Part shown: piece by piece, positions 1 to 13,700 of the stretch
How positions within the stretch are numbered: position 1 is the stretch's first letter
How the letters are laid out: every line of letters starts with the position of its first letter
From: Octopus sinensis
Lineage: Eukaryota
Direction of reading: 5' to 3'
Assembly (NCBI RefSeq): GCF_006345805.1
Contig: NC_043006.1
Location: 64,914,001 to 64,978,000, forward strand
Length of the DNA: 64,000 nucleotides
Made by a program: the position numbers and the translations under genes
The notes under the pieces: generated by a model
What the model was told of the DNA's origin: nothing
Database searches by the model: none
What the model saw: the letters and a program-made list of their open reading frames with translations, nothing else

Positions 1-325
1 TCATTCAGTATTACTGTCTGAACTCCCTAATTGACTATGCAAATGACTGATTTGAGTCCTATTTAGTAGCTACCAGGAGTAGCAGCTTTCCCTAATTTCT
101 TATCCTTAGTAGTCATTTTAGCTGGTCCCTCAGATGGATATATTTGGAGTAAACCTGTTTCTTCCTACATATCCTCCACAGTCCCTAGCCTCTCATCATA
201 ACATTTCCAAACCATTTTGTTTTTAACATCAGTGAGGGAAGTGCACCACTGTCATTTTAAACTCACTTTTTCCCCTAATAACATCTTGATTCACTTAGAC
301 ACATTGCTTTGCAATCCAGAACACT
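1..325 (-). mobile_element. RTE-clade LINE ORF2 remnant (linker before RT)
   Basis: Minus strand reads VFWIAKQCV*VNQDVI..., a decayed form of the RTE VFRIAKQ..NQDV.GEKC motif. Confidence 0.6.
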
Positions 326-651
326 TAACGACTCTGATCCACTCATTTTTAAATATTTCTTTATTACCCACATGGGGCTAAACATAGAGGCGACAGACAA
401 GTGAATTAAGTCGATTACATCGACCTTAGTGCGTATTTAAATTGATTCCAAAAGAATGAAAGGTGAAGTACTCATTTAAATTGACTCCAAAAGAATGAAA
501 GGCGAAGTCGATCTCGGCGGAATTTGAACTCAGAATGTAATGGCAGATGAAGTACCGCTGAGCATTTTGCCCTGTGTGCTAACAATTCTGCCAGTTTGCT
601 GCCCTACTCATTGTTAAATATTGGCACCCCTCTTGTTTTCGTTTCTCTCCT

Positions 652-950
652 TCATCATCATCGTTTAACGTCCGTTTTCCGCACTAGCATGGGTTGGGGA
701 AACCAGGTTCTGGGAAACCAGGGTCTGGGAAGCCAGGGGCTGCACCAGGCTCCAGTCTGATCTGGCAGTGTTTCTACAGCTGGATGCCCTTCCTAATGCC
801 AACCACTCCACGAGTGTAGTGGGTACTTTTTACGTGCCACCTGCGCAGGTACCAGGGGAGTCTGGCATCGGCCACGTTCGGATGGTGCTTTTTATGTGCC
901 ACCGGCACAGGTATCACAACTACTATTTCCATTGATATTTATTTCGATGT
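652..950 (-). mobile_element. RTE 3'UTR-derived short repeat with (ATG)n/(CAT)n tail. More than 20 copies, e.g. 3640-4024, 5305-5690, 21170-21400, 23610-23878, 28004-28370, 31940-32230, 34226-34619, 39440-39760, 46150-46620, 57783-57945, 60560-60850
   Basis: Shared core catcatcatcgtttaacgtccg..ttccatgct.gcatgggttggacg...ctggatgcccttcctaa.gccaaccactc; same sequence as the 3'UTR of the RTE copies at 22312 and 48195. Confidence 0.85.
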
Positions 951-959
951 TCATCATTT

Positions 960-1880
960 GTAAACCTAACGCCTGTTTTAGATATTCTTTTAGTTTTTCC
1001 AGACTTGTCTTTTCACTTTTTTGATGTTATCTACAATATTGTAGATTATAGCCTACACCACCAGATGTTTAAGCATCTCAGCAGTGATTCCTGATGGGAC
1101 AGGACCTTTCCTTGTTTTCATACCTTTAATTGCTTTATCTACCAAGGCACTGTCAATTCGAACTGTTAGGTCGACATTTGGCAAACTTTCCCTCACCCAT
1201 TCATTCTCTTCATTTAGCAACCTTTCTTAATGGTGTCTCCAAGTCTCTCTCTTCGCAGCATCATTAAATGCGAGTGAGCCATCATCCATGTGGACATATT
1301 TCTCTCTCTCCTGTGGCATCACGATTCTCTCTCACACACTGTCTTGCAATATGAAACACTTCAATTCTCTGGTCCTCACAACGCAGAACATTTAAATTGT
1401 TTGTGTAACAGAACTCCAGGAGTCTTGCACATTTTTTATTCCCTGTGTCATATTCATAGCCATTACAGAGAGCTGCTCAAAATGTCCATTAATGTCCCTC
1501 ACTTTGTTATGAAATTGATTTCATTATTGAGGTGGTCTGCAACAGATTCTTAGTGAAATGGTTCATTTGCTCATCTGTCAGTCCCAGTTATGATACATAA
1601 GCAGAGATAGTTGCTATTGTGACTATGACTAGTCCTAAGTTAACTATTCTCTCCTATACTTTGGCTACTTTATCTACTTCTCTGTCAGTATCATATCCTC
1701 TTCTCCCTGCCTAGAAAAATTTATACTGTGCTCTTTGCCTGTGAGCAGTCAGGTTGTGGCTCACATGCATCTCACCTCTTGTACACAACAATCATCTATT
1801 TAATCATCAGCTCTAGTATCTCAACAATCTTTCAAACCTGCCTTTCGTTGTACCAACACTGACAGTGGCAACTCTGAATT
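960..1880 (-). mobile_element. RTE-clade LINE remnant: APE endonuclease and start of RT, degenerate
   Basis: Minus translation includes RVATVSVGTTKGR..., QYKFF*AG, ISAYVS*LGL and ENEWVRESLPNVDLTVRIDSALVDKAIKGMKTRKGPVPSGITAEMLK, with stops. Confidence 0.8.
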
Positions 1881-4346
1881 GTTTTACTTGACAAAAAAGT
1901 AGAGAATATCCAATAGTGATTCAGGTGTTATGTTTTGTCTTTTACTTGTTTCAGTCTTTGGACTGGGGCCTTGTTGGAACATTGCCTTGAAGGCTTTTAG
2001 TTGAAACAATCAGCCCCAGTACTTATTTAAATCTGGTACTTATTCTATTGGTCTCTTTTGTTAAACTGTCTTTTCTCCTCTCACTACTCCCTGTCTTAAT
2101 ACCCCCACCTCAAGTCCCACCCACCATCCTCTAATACACTTAGCTTTCCATATTTAATTATTCCATCTTTGAACTTCTCTGCATTTAGATCTGAAATGTA
2201 AGATCTTCTCTTCCTGGAAGATGGAGGCTTGTCTCATCCTATGTTAAATGCATCTGTACGACCAAATTTTCTGATGGACTAAATCTACAAACATTATTAT
2301 GGCTTGCTAAGCCCCAGAAACAACTGTTGCACTTGTAACACCTTTCTCCCACCCCTTTAATTTTCTCTGTCGTTTGTACTCTGTGTGAGTGGACCCTTTT
2401 ATACGTATACATGTATACATATGTTGTATTTGATATATTTAATATACTTTATATATTAATGCGCCTAATTTGCTTCTATACTTGCTCTTATTCCTTATTC
2501 CTCCCTCTTATTCCTTTCTATACTTTGTGGAATATCCCCTGTAAAGATGTTGGAGTTTAAGCAGCAACTCTTTTGATGTCCTTTGAAATGGGTCTTGGCA
2601 ATGCCAGACCTCCAATTACCATCATTCCCATAAGTCAATAAAGTGAAGGATGTTACATGATCAAATCTGTTTCCGTGGCCGTCAGTCTTTTTGATCATGT
2701 ATCATGCAGGAGATCGAGTAAATATAGAAAATTTTTAAATAAAAAAAAAACATTGGTTTAAAGTTAAAAATATGTCATGAGATGTTTTGGCATTGCTGAG
2801 TTGATGCTGACTTATTTGACATTAGGCATTTTAATGTTTCTCCCATTCTCTTTCTCTCTTCTTTCAATCAGAGTTGATAATTACTAAGCAAAAGTTTGTT
2901 TTTTGCTGTTGTTATGTCGAGCAAACTGGAGTGGTTCATCCTGTGTTGTGCTCAAAGTACTGTACAATAGCTGTAGGAAGATTGTAACTCAGTTGTAGGC
3001 AATGATTCCAAAAACATTGAATTATTCTCATTTAATACAGCGAATAACAGATGAATACATTAATGCTCCAGTGTGGCCATAGCCCACCAAATGAAGCTAG
3101 TCAAGGACAGAAAGTGTGTGTGTGCATGTACATATATATCAATTATATTCAACTAAGAAATTGCTATGTCTCTTTCCTTCTCTTTTTCTCATTATATGGC
3201 TGTGTGGCAAGTAGCTTGACTACCAACCACATGGTTCCAGGTTCAGTCCCACTGTGTGGCACATTGGGCAAGTGTCTTCTACTATAACCTTGGGCTGACC
3301 AAAGCCTTGTGAGTGGATTTGGAAGATGGAAACTGAAAGAAGTCCTTCAAATATATATATATGTTTGTGTGTCTGTGTTTGTCCCCCCCAACCATCATGT
3401 GACAACTGCTGTTTGTGTGTTTATATCCCCGTAACTTAGTGTTTTGGTAAAAGAGACCGATAGAATAAGTACTAGGCTTACAAAGAATAAGTCCTGGGGT
3501 CGATTTATCTGTTGTGTGTGAATAGATAATTGAAAAAAGAAGGAGTATGGTTGGACATTTATTTTCAATCACTACAATTGTTTCTACACAACATACTTCT
3601 CCAGGTGTGCAGGTAGAATTTTCAATTATATATAGATAGATAGATTGGCTCCTGTGCTGGTGGCATGTAAAAAGCACCATTCGAATGTGATCGACGCCAG
3701 GACCGCTTGACTGGGCCCTGTGCTGGTGGCACATAAAAAGCACCATCTGAACTTGGCAGATGCCAGTACCCCCTGTGCTGGTGGCATGTAAAAAGCACTA
3801 TCCGAACATGATTGATGCCAAACCCGCCTGATTGGCTCCTATGTCTGTGACACTTAAAATGCGCCCACTACATTCATGGAGTGGTTGGTGTTAGAAAGGG
3901 CGTCCAGCTGTAGAAACATTGCCAAATCAGATTGGAGCCTCGTGCAGCTTGTGGCTTGCCAGTTCTCAGTCAAACCATCCAACCCATGCCAGTATGGAAA
4001 ACGGACATTAAACATTGATGATGATGTGTGTTTGTGGGTGTTTGCCTCCTGTCCAAAAAAGTACTATCACCAAAACAGGTTCAATATCCACTCAGCTATT
4101 CCCAATTGTCGTTTACCTTCTCTTGTGCATTCTTGTGAATAACCAAATTATGAACATTAATGTACATTTTGTAATGTCTTGGAATAATATTTTTAAAAAT
4201 TTGCAAAGTGGTTTGCAAATTTCTTGCATTACTGTACTGGCTCTAATATAAAACACTTAATGTATGATTTATTAATCACATAACTAATTGACTAATGCAC
4301 TCAAGTAATTAATTTATTGTCTTGAAATTGTAAACATGATGTTTAA

Positions 4347-4377
<31 letters not shown>

Positions 4378-5789
4378 AAGTGCTCAGATATTTATAGATG
4401 TTGTCATGGAAAAAAATTAACAAGTGGTTTGCACTGCTTTTGACGAGTGATGGTGAGAATGGACACCAATTTATTTTATTTATTTTTGTTTTTATAATGT
4501 CCTCTTCTCCATTCTTGCATCAGTTTGATGGAATCTGTTGTGGCAGATTTTCTATGTCTGGATGCCCTTCCTGTTGCCAACCCTTGTTTCCAATGGTTGG
4601 ACATATTTTCATGGACTTTTGGAAATAAAGGATGCTGCATGTATGATGGTGACACTCATTTACAGCAATCACATATACATGGTGCTAATATACATGTGTG
4701 TTCATGTGTATATATATATTCTTTTATTTGTTTCAGTCATTTGACAGCGGCCATAGTGGAGCACTGCCTTTAAACAAACAAATCGGCCTCAGGACTTACT
4801 CTTTGTAAGCTTAGTACTTATTCTATTGGTCACTTTTACTGAACCGCTAAGTTACGGGGACGTAAACACATCAGTTGTCAAGTGATGGTGGGAGGACAAA
4901 CACAGACACACGTATACGATGGGCTTCTTTCAGTTTCCATCTACTAAATCCACTTACAAGGCTTTGGTCAGCCCAAGATGCCACACAGTGGGACTGAACC
5001 CAGAACCATGTGGTTAGGAAGCAAGCTACTTACCACACTGCCACTCCATACAGTCGTCACTAAAGTGACGGAGAGTGCTAGTAAGCACCAACATTGCTGG
5101 AAGTAAGAGTCAAAACTGTTAGCCATGTGAGATCACTTTTCTAATGGCAGACAAGGGAGACAGGTCATTAGAAAAGTGCTCTCACGTGGCTAAGAGTTGT
5201 TTTGACTCTTATTTCTAGCATTGCTGGTGCTTAAAAATACCCTCCGTTGCTCTAGTGACAACTGTACTTGTTGCCTATCGGTTCTAAATTGCGAATAGCC
5301 ACATCATCATCATTGTTTAATGTCTGTTTTCCATGCTGGCATGGGTTGGACCGGTTGACTGGGGACTGACTGGCAAGCCAGTAGGCTGCACTAGACTCCA
5401 ATCTGATCTGGCAAGGCTTCTACAGCTGGATGCCCTTCCTAATGCCAACCACTCTGAGAGTGTAGTGGGTGCTTTTTATCTGCCACCAGCACCGGAACCT
5501 GTCAGATGGCACTGGTATTGACCACATTTGGATGATGCTTTTTACATGCCACCGGCACAGGAGCCAATCAGTGAGGGGTGGGGGGATTGGCATCAACCTA
5601 TGCTTGAATGGTGTTTATGTGCCACTGACACGGGTGCCAGTCAGGCAGCACTGGCATTGGCCACAACTACAACTACAAAATTTTCATTTTGATTTTGATT
5701 TTTATACACACACACACACACATATATAATAGGCCTCTTTCCATTCTCATTTGCCAAATCCACTCACAAGGTGTGTGTGTGGACACATA

Positions 5790-6400
5790 AAAGGTGCAGC
5801 AACATGAGAGGAAGGTTTACAAGGAAACTAACATTTGTATGTGGAAGGTTCACAGATACAATAAATACCAAAAATACGCAGAAAACAAGCTAGAGGTAGT
5901 TGATAGCTTTCATTATCTAGGTGACCAAGTTAGTCATGGAAGTGGATTCTCCGAGAGCATAGCTGTGAGAATAAGATTAGGCTGGGCAAAGTTCAGAGAG
6001 CTACTCCTGCTGGTAGCAAAGGGCCTCTCTCTCAGAGTGAAAGGCAGATTGTTTGATGCCTATGTGTGAACAGCTATGCTGCATGGCAATGAAACATGGG
6101 CGAATATATGCGTAGGTTTGAGAGAAATGAAGCCAGTATCCTTTGCTGGATGTGCAATGTCAGTGTCCTTGATCGACAGAATGTAAGCATCTTGAGAGAA
6201 AAGTTAGGCATAAGAGGAATCAGATGTGATGTGCAAGAGAGACGATATGTTGATATGGTCACGTGATGCATATGGATGAGGACAGCTGGTAGAGGTAGAT
6301 CCAAGAAGTCATGGGACAAGGTGGTGAAGCATGATCTTTGAACTTAAGTCTCTTAGAGACAATGACTGGTGACAGACCTTTGGTGTTGTGCTGTTGACCA
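5790..6400 (+). mobile_element. RTE LINE ORF2 C-terminal remnant
   Basis: LEVVDSFHYLGDQVS...RIRLGWAKFRELL...LSLRVKGRLFDAYV, then a GRSKKSWDKVVKHDL-like tail. Confidence 0.88.
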
Positions 6401-7499
6401 CACAGCTACACCTGTAGCAGTTTATGTTGATTACAATTTGAGGATGTTCACCCTTTCAGTCAATCCACTGAATTTAGTGACCATTCAGCTATGTTTGCAT
6501 CTGTTGACTAATGTAGTTTATTGCTTATAGTTCTGGTGGGTTGGTGGTTGGGGACATATTGTAGGACTAAACTCAGAACACACACACACACACATGGTGG
6601 TTTTTTTCATTTTCTACTGAATTCATTCACTAGGTTTTCATTAGCCTAAGTCCATAGTAAAGAACTTTCCTGAGGAGGAGACTGGAGTAATTAGTCCTGT
6701 GTTGTCAGATTACTACACATTAGCTCTAGGGAGATTTGTAATCCATTTATGAGTAGGTATTTCCAAAATGATATTCAATTATTCTCATTTAACACAACAA
6801 ATAACAGATGAATATATTAATATCAGTGCCCAAGCATGACCATGACCTACTGAATGAAGCTAGTAAAAAGGTGTGTGTGTGTTATCTGTGTTGAGTAGAA
6901 ACCAACTGTTGCAAAGAGAATGCCTGTGTTTCAGCTAATTGATATTCAGCTCCAAATGTCAGACCTGATTGAACAGGCCTATGAACAAAAGTATTCCAAG
7001 TGTGGCCATCCTGACTTGCTTGCGGGTATAGTGTGTCTCTGGCAATATTGTTCAATGTATCCTGACTTTTTATTTTTTCTGTTTTTTAAGGTGGGTGAGT
7101 GAGATCTGAGGGGGATGTACCTTCTTATTTTTTTCAGGTTAATGTGAAGTATATGGTTTAGATACTAATGCTGACTCAATGAAAGATATCCCCCTCACAC
7201 ACACACACTACAGTAATTGTATTAATATTCATTATTCATGGATTACTGAATAATTTAGTACATTAGCATGACACCTGTTTCGATTTTCAATATTTAATTA
7301 GTGATTAATACATTGACATGATGTCTGCTTCCAATTTTGATATTTGGAGTTAGAAAGGGGAAGTAAGCAGTTGTCAAAAGAGATTTTTTTTAGCAATTTT
7401 ATTTGTGTGTTTGAAGTTTAATAGAGTTTATTTTGATGTTTTAATTTTCTATTTTTTTCTGGCTGGTTCTGGGGAAAGGGTCAGTGCCTGTGACATGCT

Positions 7500-7700
7500 C
7501 TCTTAAACTGGTGAGACTAATGCCATTTATTTTTTTGAACCTTTGAAAGTGAACACCTGTGAGAAACATAGGAGCAGGAAAAGAATTCCAAATGGTTGAT
7601 GTTCTGGAAAGGGAGGACATGGTATGAGGATTAGTGCAGGACCTGGATTGGGTTGGATACGACAAGGATGATGGGAGAAAGGGATATGATTCAGATAGGA
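7500..7700 (-). mobile_element. CR1/L2-type LINE ORF2 C-terminal remnant
   Basis: SSLSRTSTIWNSFPAPMF...FQRFKK resembles the CR1 end F.RT..LWNSLP..VF...NL..FK. Confidence 0.65.
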
Positions 7701-10700
7701 GTGTCTGGACAATGATGGCACGATGAACAAAGCCAATAATAAAAACACACCCACTGGTTCAATTTTACTTCATTATTATTTGTCATTAGGTTAATCAGTG
7801 AATCAGTTGTATTTGCCAAAGTCCTTTCATTGCCATTCATGGCCTCCTCAATGATATGCCCCTTCTGCTCCAAAATGAAATAGTCTTATATATATTTTTG
7901 ACAATATCAGCTCTGTTGTGTCTGATAAAAGTTATTGTTTAGAGCTTAAAATACATTTCGAGTAATTCTCTTTGTAAGATAAACTTTCACTTTGTGCTTA
8001 CAATATATTTTTGTCACCTAAAAATGTGAAAAATAAAAAAAAAAACATTGCAATTATTTGGTTTAAAAATTTCCCCTGAGTCATATGTTATTTCTTTTCT
8101 TTTTTTTTATATATAAATGTGCAGGATGTGTGTATTTATTTTCTATTTTTACTCATTGATTTTGAAGATATATGTGAATAAAATCATGACATGGCAAATT
8201 CAGTGCTAAAGGGCTTACTGAAAAGAAGCAAGAAATTTTAATTATATTTGCAGCTGTGGTATGGTGAAAGAATCATTAGCTTAATGATCAATTCTTGCTA
8301 ATAAAGGCAGGGGAAATGGTTCCAAAATCTTAGTTGAAATTAATTAAAATGGAATGTGAGCAATGTCTTTGTTATAAGTCTCATGTTAGTGAGTATTGTA
8401 GGCATGTCTCAGTCTTATTTCAACTCTTCAGTGACTGAGGAGTTTAAATACATAGACAAAGATGGCTTGTGATACATGCATCATCATCATCATCATTTTA
8501 ATGCCCAATTTTCCATGCTTGCAAGAGTCAAATAAAATTTATTGAGGCATTGAACCAGATGACTTTCCTGTCACCAACCCTCACTTGCCTCCAAGTAATA
8601 TTTCCCCTTGGCCATGTATCCCCAGGGCATGATACATTGTACAATGTTAAGACAAGCGTTCACACACACACACAATGGGTTTCTTTTCAGTTTCCATTTC
8701 CCAAACCCATTTTGAAAGTTCTGGTTGGCTTGGGTTCTGGTTTTATCGTTGCCTTTGAATGTCTGTTTTGCCATAATTACATGGGTCAGATGGGATTTGT
8801 GGAAACAAATTTTTTTTATGGTCCTATCACTAGTCACTTGTTTCCAAGTGAGGTAATATTTACCCCTGGGTGGACATGTTTTCATGGAAGATTGGAAATG
8901 AGGGACACTGCTTGTATGACAGTGATACTCATTTACAATTATTACCAGTTACACAGAGTCAAGACATGGTGCCATTAACACATGCAATCGTGTGTGTGTG
9001 TCTGACTGTGTATACACACACACATACACATATATACACATACACGACAGGCTTCTTTCAGTTTCCATCAACCAAATCCTCTCACAGGGCTTTGGTCGGT
9101 CAAGTGCTACTTGCATGCAGTAGGACTGAACCTGAGACCATGTGGTTGGGAAACAAACTTCTCAACCACACAGCCATGCCTGTTAAAACTTCACATACTA
9201 CTTCTTTACTTGTGGAGTGTCTCCATGAAGGATTCTTGCTTTTGTAGGAAACTGTTTTAGACAAAGAAAATTGTGGGTGTGTGTGTCCAGTTGTCTTCTA
9301 AAGATAGGATGTACATACATATATTGTTATCCTTATTTAACATCAGTTTTCCATATTGGTATGGGTTGGACTATTTGACAGGAGCTGGCAAGCAGCAACA
9401 GGCTCCAACTGTTTTGGCATGGTTTCTATGGCTGGATGCCCTTCCTAATGCCACCCACTTTACAAAGTGTACTGAATGTTTTATACATGGTACCAGTACG
9501 GGTGCCTTTTATGTGATGCTTGCATGTGTGTGTGTTTTATTTTGGAATTACTTAAATCCACAGTTCTCAAACGGACAAATACCAAGTCTCCAAAATAATA
9601 TTGGTGAAATTCATGCCCCATTGCCAACAGGCATGCCAGTGTGGTCACAAGGTTTGCTTTGTTACCATATAGTTCTGGGTTTGGTCCCACTGCATTGCAC
9701 CTTGGGCAAATGTCTTCTATTGCAAGCCTCAAGCTGACTGATGCCTTGTGAGTCTAATGGAAACTGAGAAGAAAGCCATTGCACATGTTTTACTGTGAAT
9801 GTCATTCCTTGGTCCTCATTAATATTATCTGAGCAAAAACAGTGTCTTGTGCCTGTGTTTAGTATCTGGTGAGAAGCAAAAAGTTCTGTAGTTTCAGCTT
9901 TCAATGGGTGAGGATCAAAGGAATGAAATGATACCTTACTTGGAAAGTAAGATGCCATCAACCTTTACTTGGTAATAGTTGGTAACAAGAAGGGTCATTA
10001 GCTGTAGAAAATCTGCCTCAACCAAGTTTTGTCTTACCAATAATCGTCCAAATTATTCTCCCTTCTTTGGCATGGTGTTCGACAAATCTAAAGTCTAAAA
10101 CCATATTAATTTTATTAAACATAGTAATCTATTTGCCCCTTTTCAGTCCTCATAGGCATGAAAGCCTCCTACTCCTTGAGAAACACTGGCTTAAACAGAC
10201 GGAGAAGGGCAGTGCCAACAAAGTTTGCTAGACTTCAGCGTCTGTTGAGGAATAGTTGGAAGAAATACCTCCTCTCAGGACATATCAGAACACAGTTTCT
10301 ATCCTCAGGCTGGAGATCTGGTCAGATTGCTTGTAAGTGAACTCTGCTAAAGATGGCCAAATGCCAGACAGTGGTGTTAAATTGTTTTTTCTGTTACGGT
10401 TATAACCCAAGAACATATATAATGAATATCATGAGCTTTTGCACAGTGGAATTAATCAGGGAACATCATGATTGTGAAGTGAACTTCACCGTCTGGATTA
10501 GTATGACGCAGTTCTCCTGTGATTACTAAGTGCTGTGCTTACTTGAGTTAAGAAATTTTGCAAGAACTTTCTCGCTTTCTTTCGTAACAAGTGCAGGCAT
10601 GCCTGTGTGGTAAGAAGTTTGGTTCCTAACAACATGGTTCTGGGTTCAGTACCACTGTGTGGTATCTTAGGCAAATGCCTTCTATTATAGCTCCAGGTCA

Positions 10701-13700
10701 ACCTAAGCCTTGTGGGTGAATTTCATCATCATCATCATTGTTTAATGTCCGCCTTCCATGCTGGTATGGGTGGGAAATTTGGTTGATGGAAACTGAAAGA
10801 AGCCCATTGTATGTGTGTTACAGTCTCTTTGCCTTCGCATCATATCGTTTGTAAATGATCATCACTGTCATGAGAACAATGGCCTTCATTTTCAGTGTTT
10901 CACAAAAACACGCCTGGTCATGGGGGAAATATTACCTTATTTGGTAACAGATGAATATTAACAAAAGAAAGGACATCCAGTCATAGAGAATCTGCCCCAT
11001 TTCCATCCAACCCATGCAAACAGAGAAAAGTAGTTATTAAATGATGATGATCTAATAGATTACACAAGTTGTCCATTATTTAACATGTTAGCCTTTGTTT
11101 AAAGTGATTTAAGCTTTTTGTTAGATAAAGCTTCACTTTGTGTTTATAATAAATTTTCTAAGAGACAAGAAAAGACATAAACGCTATGACAGGCCAGCTG
11201 TTGAAAATATATACATATGTCAATTGTCCTGTGTGGTTTTTAAGACCATTAATATGAAATACTCCTAGTTCTAATATCTACTTATGAATGAGCTCTTTAT
11301 GCATAGTTTGTGTCTTCTTTGAGTGACACACTGATACAGTCTCTTTTGAAACGGATCTCTACAGATTTAATCTTGCCATCTTTCTTATTGCCTTGTGAAG
11401 GGTGTAATGTTAAAAAAAATTAAAAAGTGTGTTTGAATGACTTCAATGGAGAATTACATTCAAGGACTGAGTTTATATAGTTTAATGTAGGTGCAGGCAT
11501 GGTTGTGTGGTAAGAAGTGCTTGTTTCCTAAGCATATGGTTTGAGGTTCAGTCCCATTGTGTGGCATCTTGAGCGAGTAGTATCTTCTACAGCTTTGGGC
11601 TGACCAAAGCCTGTGAGCAGATTCAGTAGATGGAAACTGAAAGAAACCTGTCGTGTGCATGTGTTTGTGTCGATGTTTGTCTCCCCCACCAGCACTCGGC
11701 AACTGATGTTGATGTATTTACATTCCTATAACTTAGCGGTTCGGCAAAAGAGACTGATAGAATAGGTACCAAGCTTAAAAGATAATATGTAATGCAGTCG
11801 ATTCATTCGACTGAAACAAATAAAAGATGAAAAATACGTATGCTTCACTGGCTTCAGTAGAGAATCATATTCAAGGACTGAACTTTATATAATTGACTCT
11901 ACCCTCTCTCTCATATACAAGGCTTTGTGCTATGAAAGAAATCAATATTTGTGTGTGTGTGTGTGAAAAGTCGTTATTTCTGTTAATTACATGAGACCAC
12001 CTGAGCTGGAAAATATGGTGTTGTGTTTGTATTCCCAGTGAACATTAACCTCCTGCTGTTCCTGCTATAACTAATAGACTATGACTACTGCAAATGAGAG
12101 GAGTCGATCACCTCAAGTAACTAGCCAATAGCACGTGAGTAGTTTATGGAATCCAGATACTATCGCTGTTGGTGTTTACCCACACTTGTACTTTGATGAA
12201 GCAAACCTACAATCAAAAACATTCCAGTCATGACTATCCCCCTTTTCTTGGAATTGTATTATTTATTTTTTCCCATATAGGTGCATGCATGGCTGTGTAG
12301 TAAGAAGCTTGCTTCTCAACCATATGGCTCCAGGTTCAGTCTTACAGTGTAGCACCCTGGGCGAGTGTCTTCTACTGTAGTGTTGGGCCAACCAAAGCCT
12401 TGTGAGTGGATTTAGACAGAAATTGAAAGAAGCGCATTGTGTATGTGTGTTTGTCCTCCCACCACTGATTGACAATCAGTGTTGGTGTGGTTACATCCCT
12501 GAAACTTAGTAGTTCAGCAGAAGAGACTAATAGAATAAATACCAGGTTTTTAAATAAAATCCAAAGAACTGGTATCAATTCATTTGACTAAAAATTCTTC
12601 AAGGCAGTGTCCCAGCATGGCCACAGTCTAATGACTGAAACAAGTAAAAGGTAAAAGATTTTGCATGGTAGGGTGAGATTTAAGAAAGATTTGGTTGCTC
12701 TTTTTAGCAGATTACAGAACAGTGTAGAGGCATCCTTATTAGTTCATGTAACAAGATGTATAGTGGAGAGGTAAGTTCCAGGCAAACCACTGCCATTTCT
12801 TCTGGAAGTTCCAATCTGTCTAGGAGGTGGGGAGGTGTATGGCTACATCTGGAAGGTCATAGATTTTAATCAAAGATGACCTAGGGCTATACAACAGTAG
12901 TTTACTGCACAAAGCTTCAAATTTAAGTGGACAGCGAGCTGGCAGAATTGTTAACACTGGGTGAAATGCTTAGCAGTATTTCATCTGCCGTTATGTTCTA
13001 TGTTCAAATTCCGCCGAGGTCGACTTTACCTTTCATCCTTTTGGGGTCAATTAAATAAGTACCAGTTACGCACTGGAGTCAATGTCATTGACAATCCCTT
13101 TGTCTGTCCTTGTTTGTCCCCTTTGTGTGTAGACCCCTGTGGGCAATAAAGAAATAAATTTAAGTGGACAGTATAGTCAAATTGGACCCTAGTAAGTGAC
13201 CGGTACTTATATTATTGATCCTTGAATGAAAAGGCCAAGTTGAGCTTGACCGGAGTTTGAACTTAGGATATATTGAGGGGTAACTAAATGTCATTACTAT
13301 AACTAATAATTTGTTGGATATTTTGTAAGAAGGAAGGTAATGTATTTTATTGATTCTGTTGGTTACTGTTGCTTGTTTTATTTACCCTGGGAAGGTTGAA
13401 ATACAAAGCTGACCTCAGAAGTTTACTTTACCACCTTGTGGTTTTTCAGGCTCAGTTTAACTGTGGTGCACTTTGCACAATGTTTTCTCCTGTAAACTTA
13501 GGCAACCAGTACCATGTGATTAAATTTGGTTGACAGAAACTGTACAACGCCATTTATGTGTGTATGTATCTCTCTATATTAATGTTTGTTTTTATGTTCA
13601 GTTATAAAAAAAATTTTTACATTAATCTGATGGGTTACTCCATATTTTTGTAGAGTACAAATATATTACTCTTATACAGGAATGTTTTTGACAGTGACTT

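Noticed and set aside
2260-2330. Possible further hammerhead (ctgatgg...gaaac) in a Penelope-like 3' end
   Set aside because: The core reads CUGAUGG and stems I and II do not pair convincingly.
10147-10332. Symmetric 186-nt plus-strand exon candidate upstream of CLP1
   Set aside because: Good splice sites and an open frame, but no similarity to the CLP1 N-terminus; the other frames look like a decayed TE. Unresolved.
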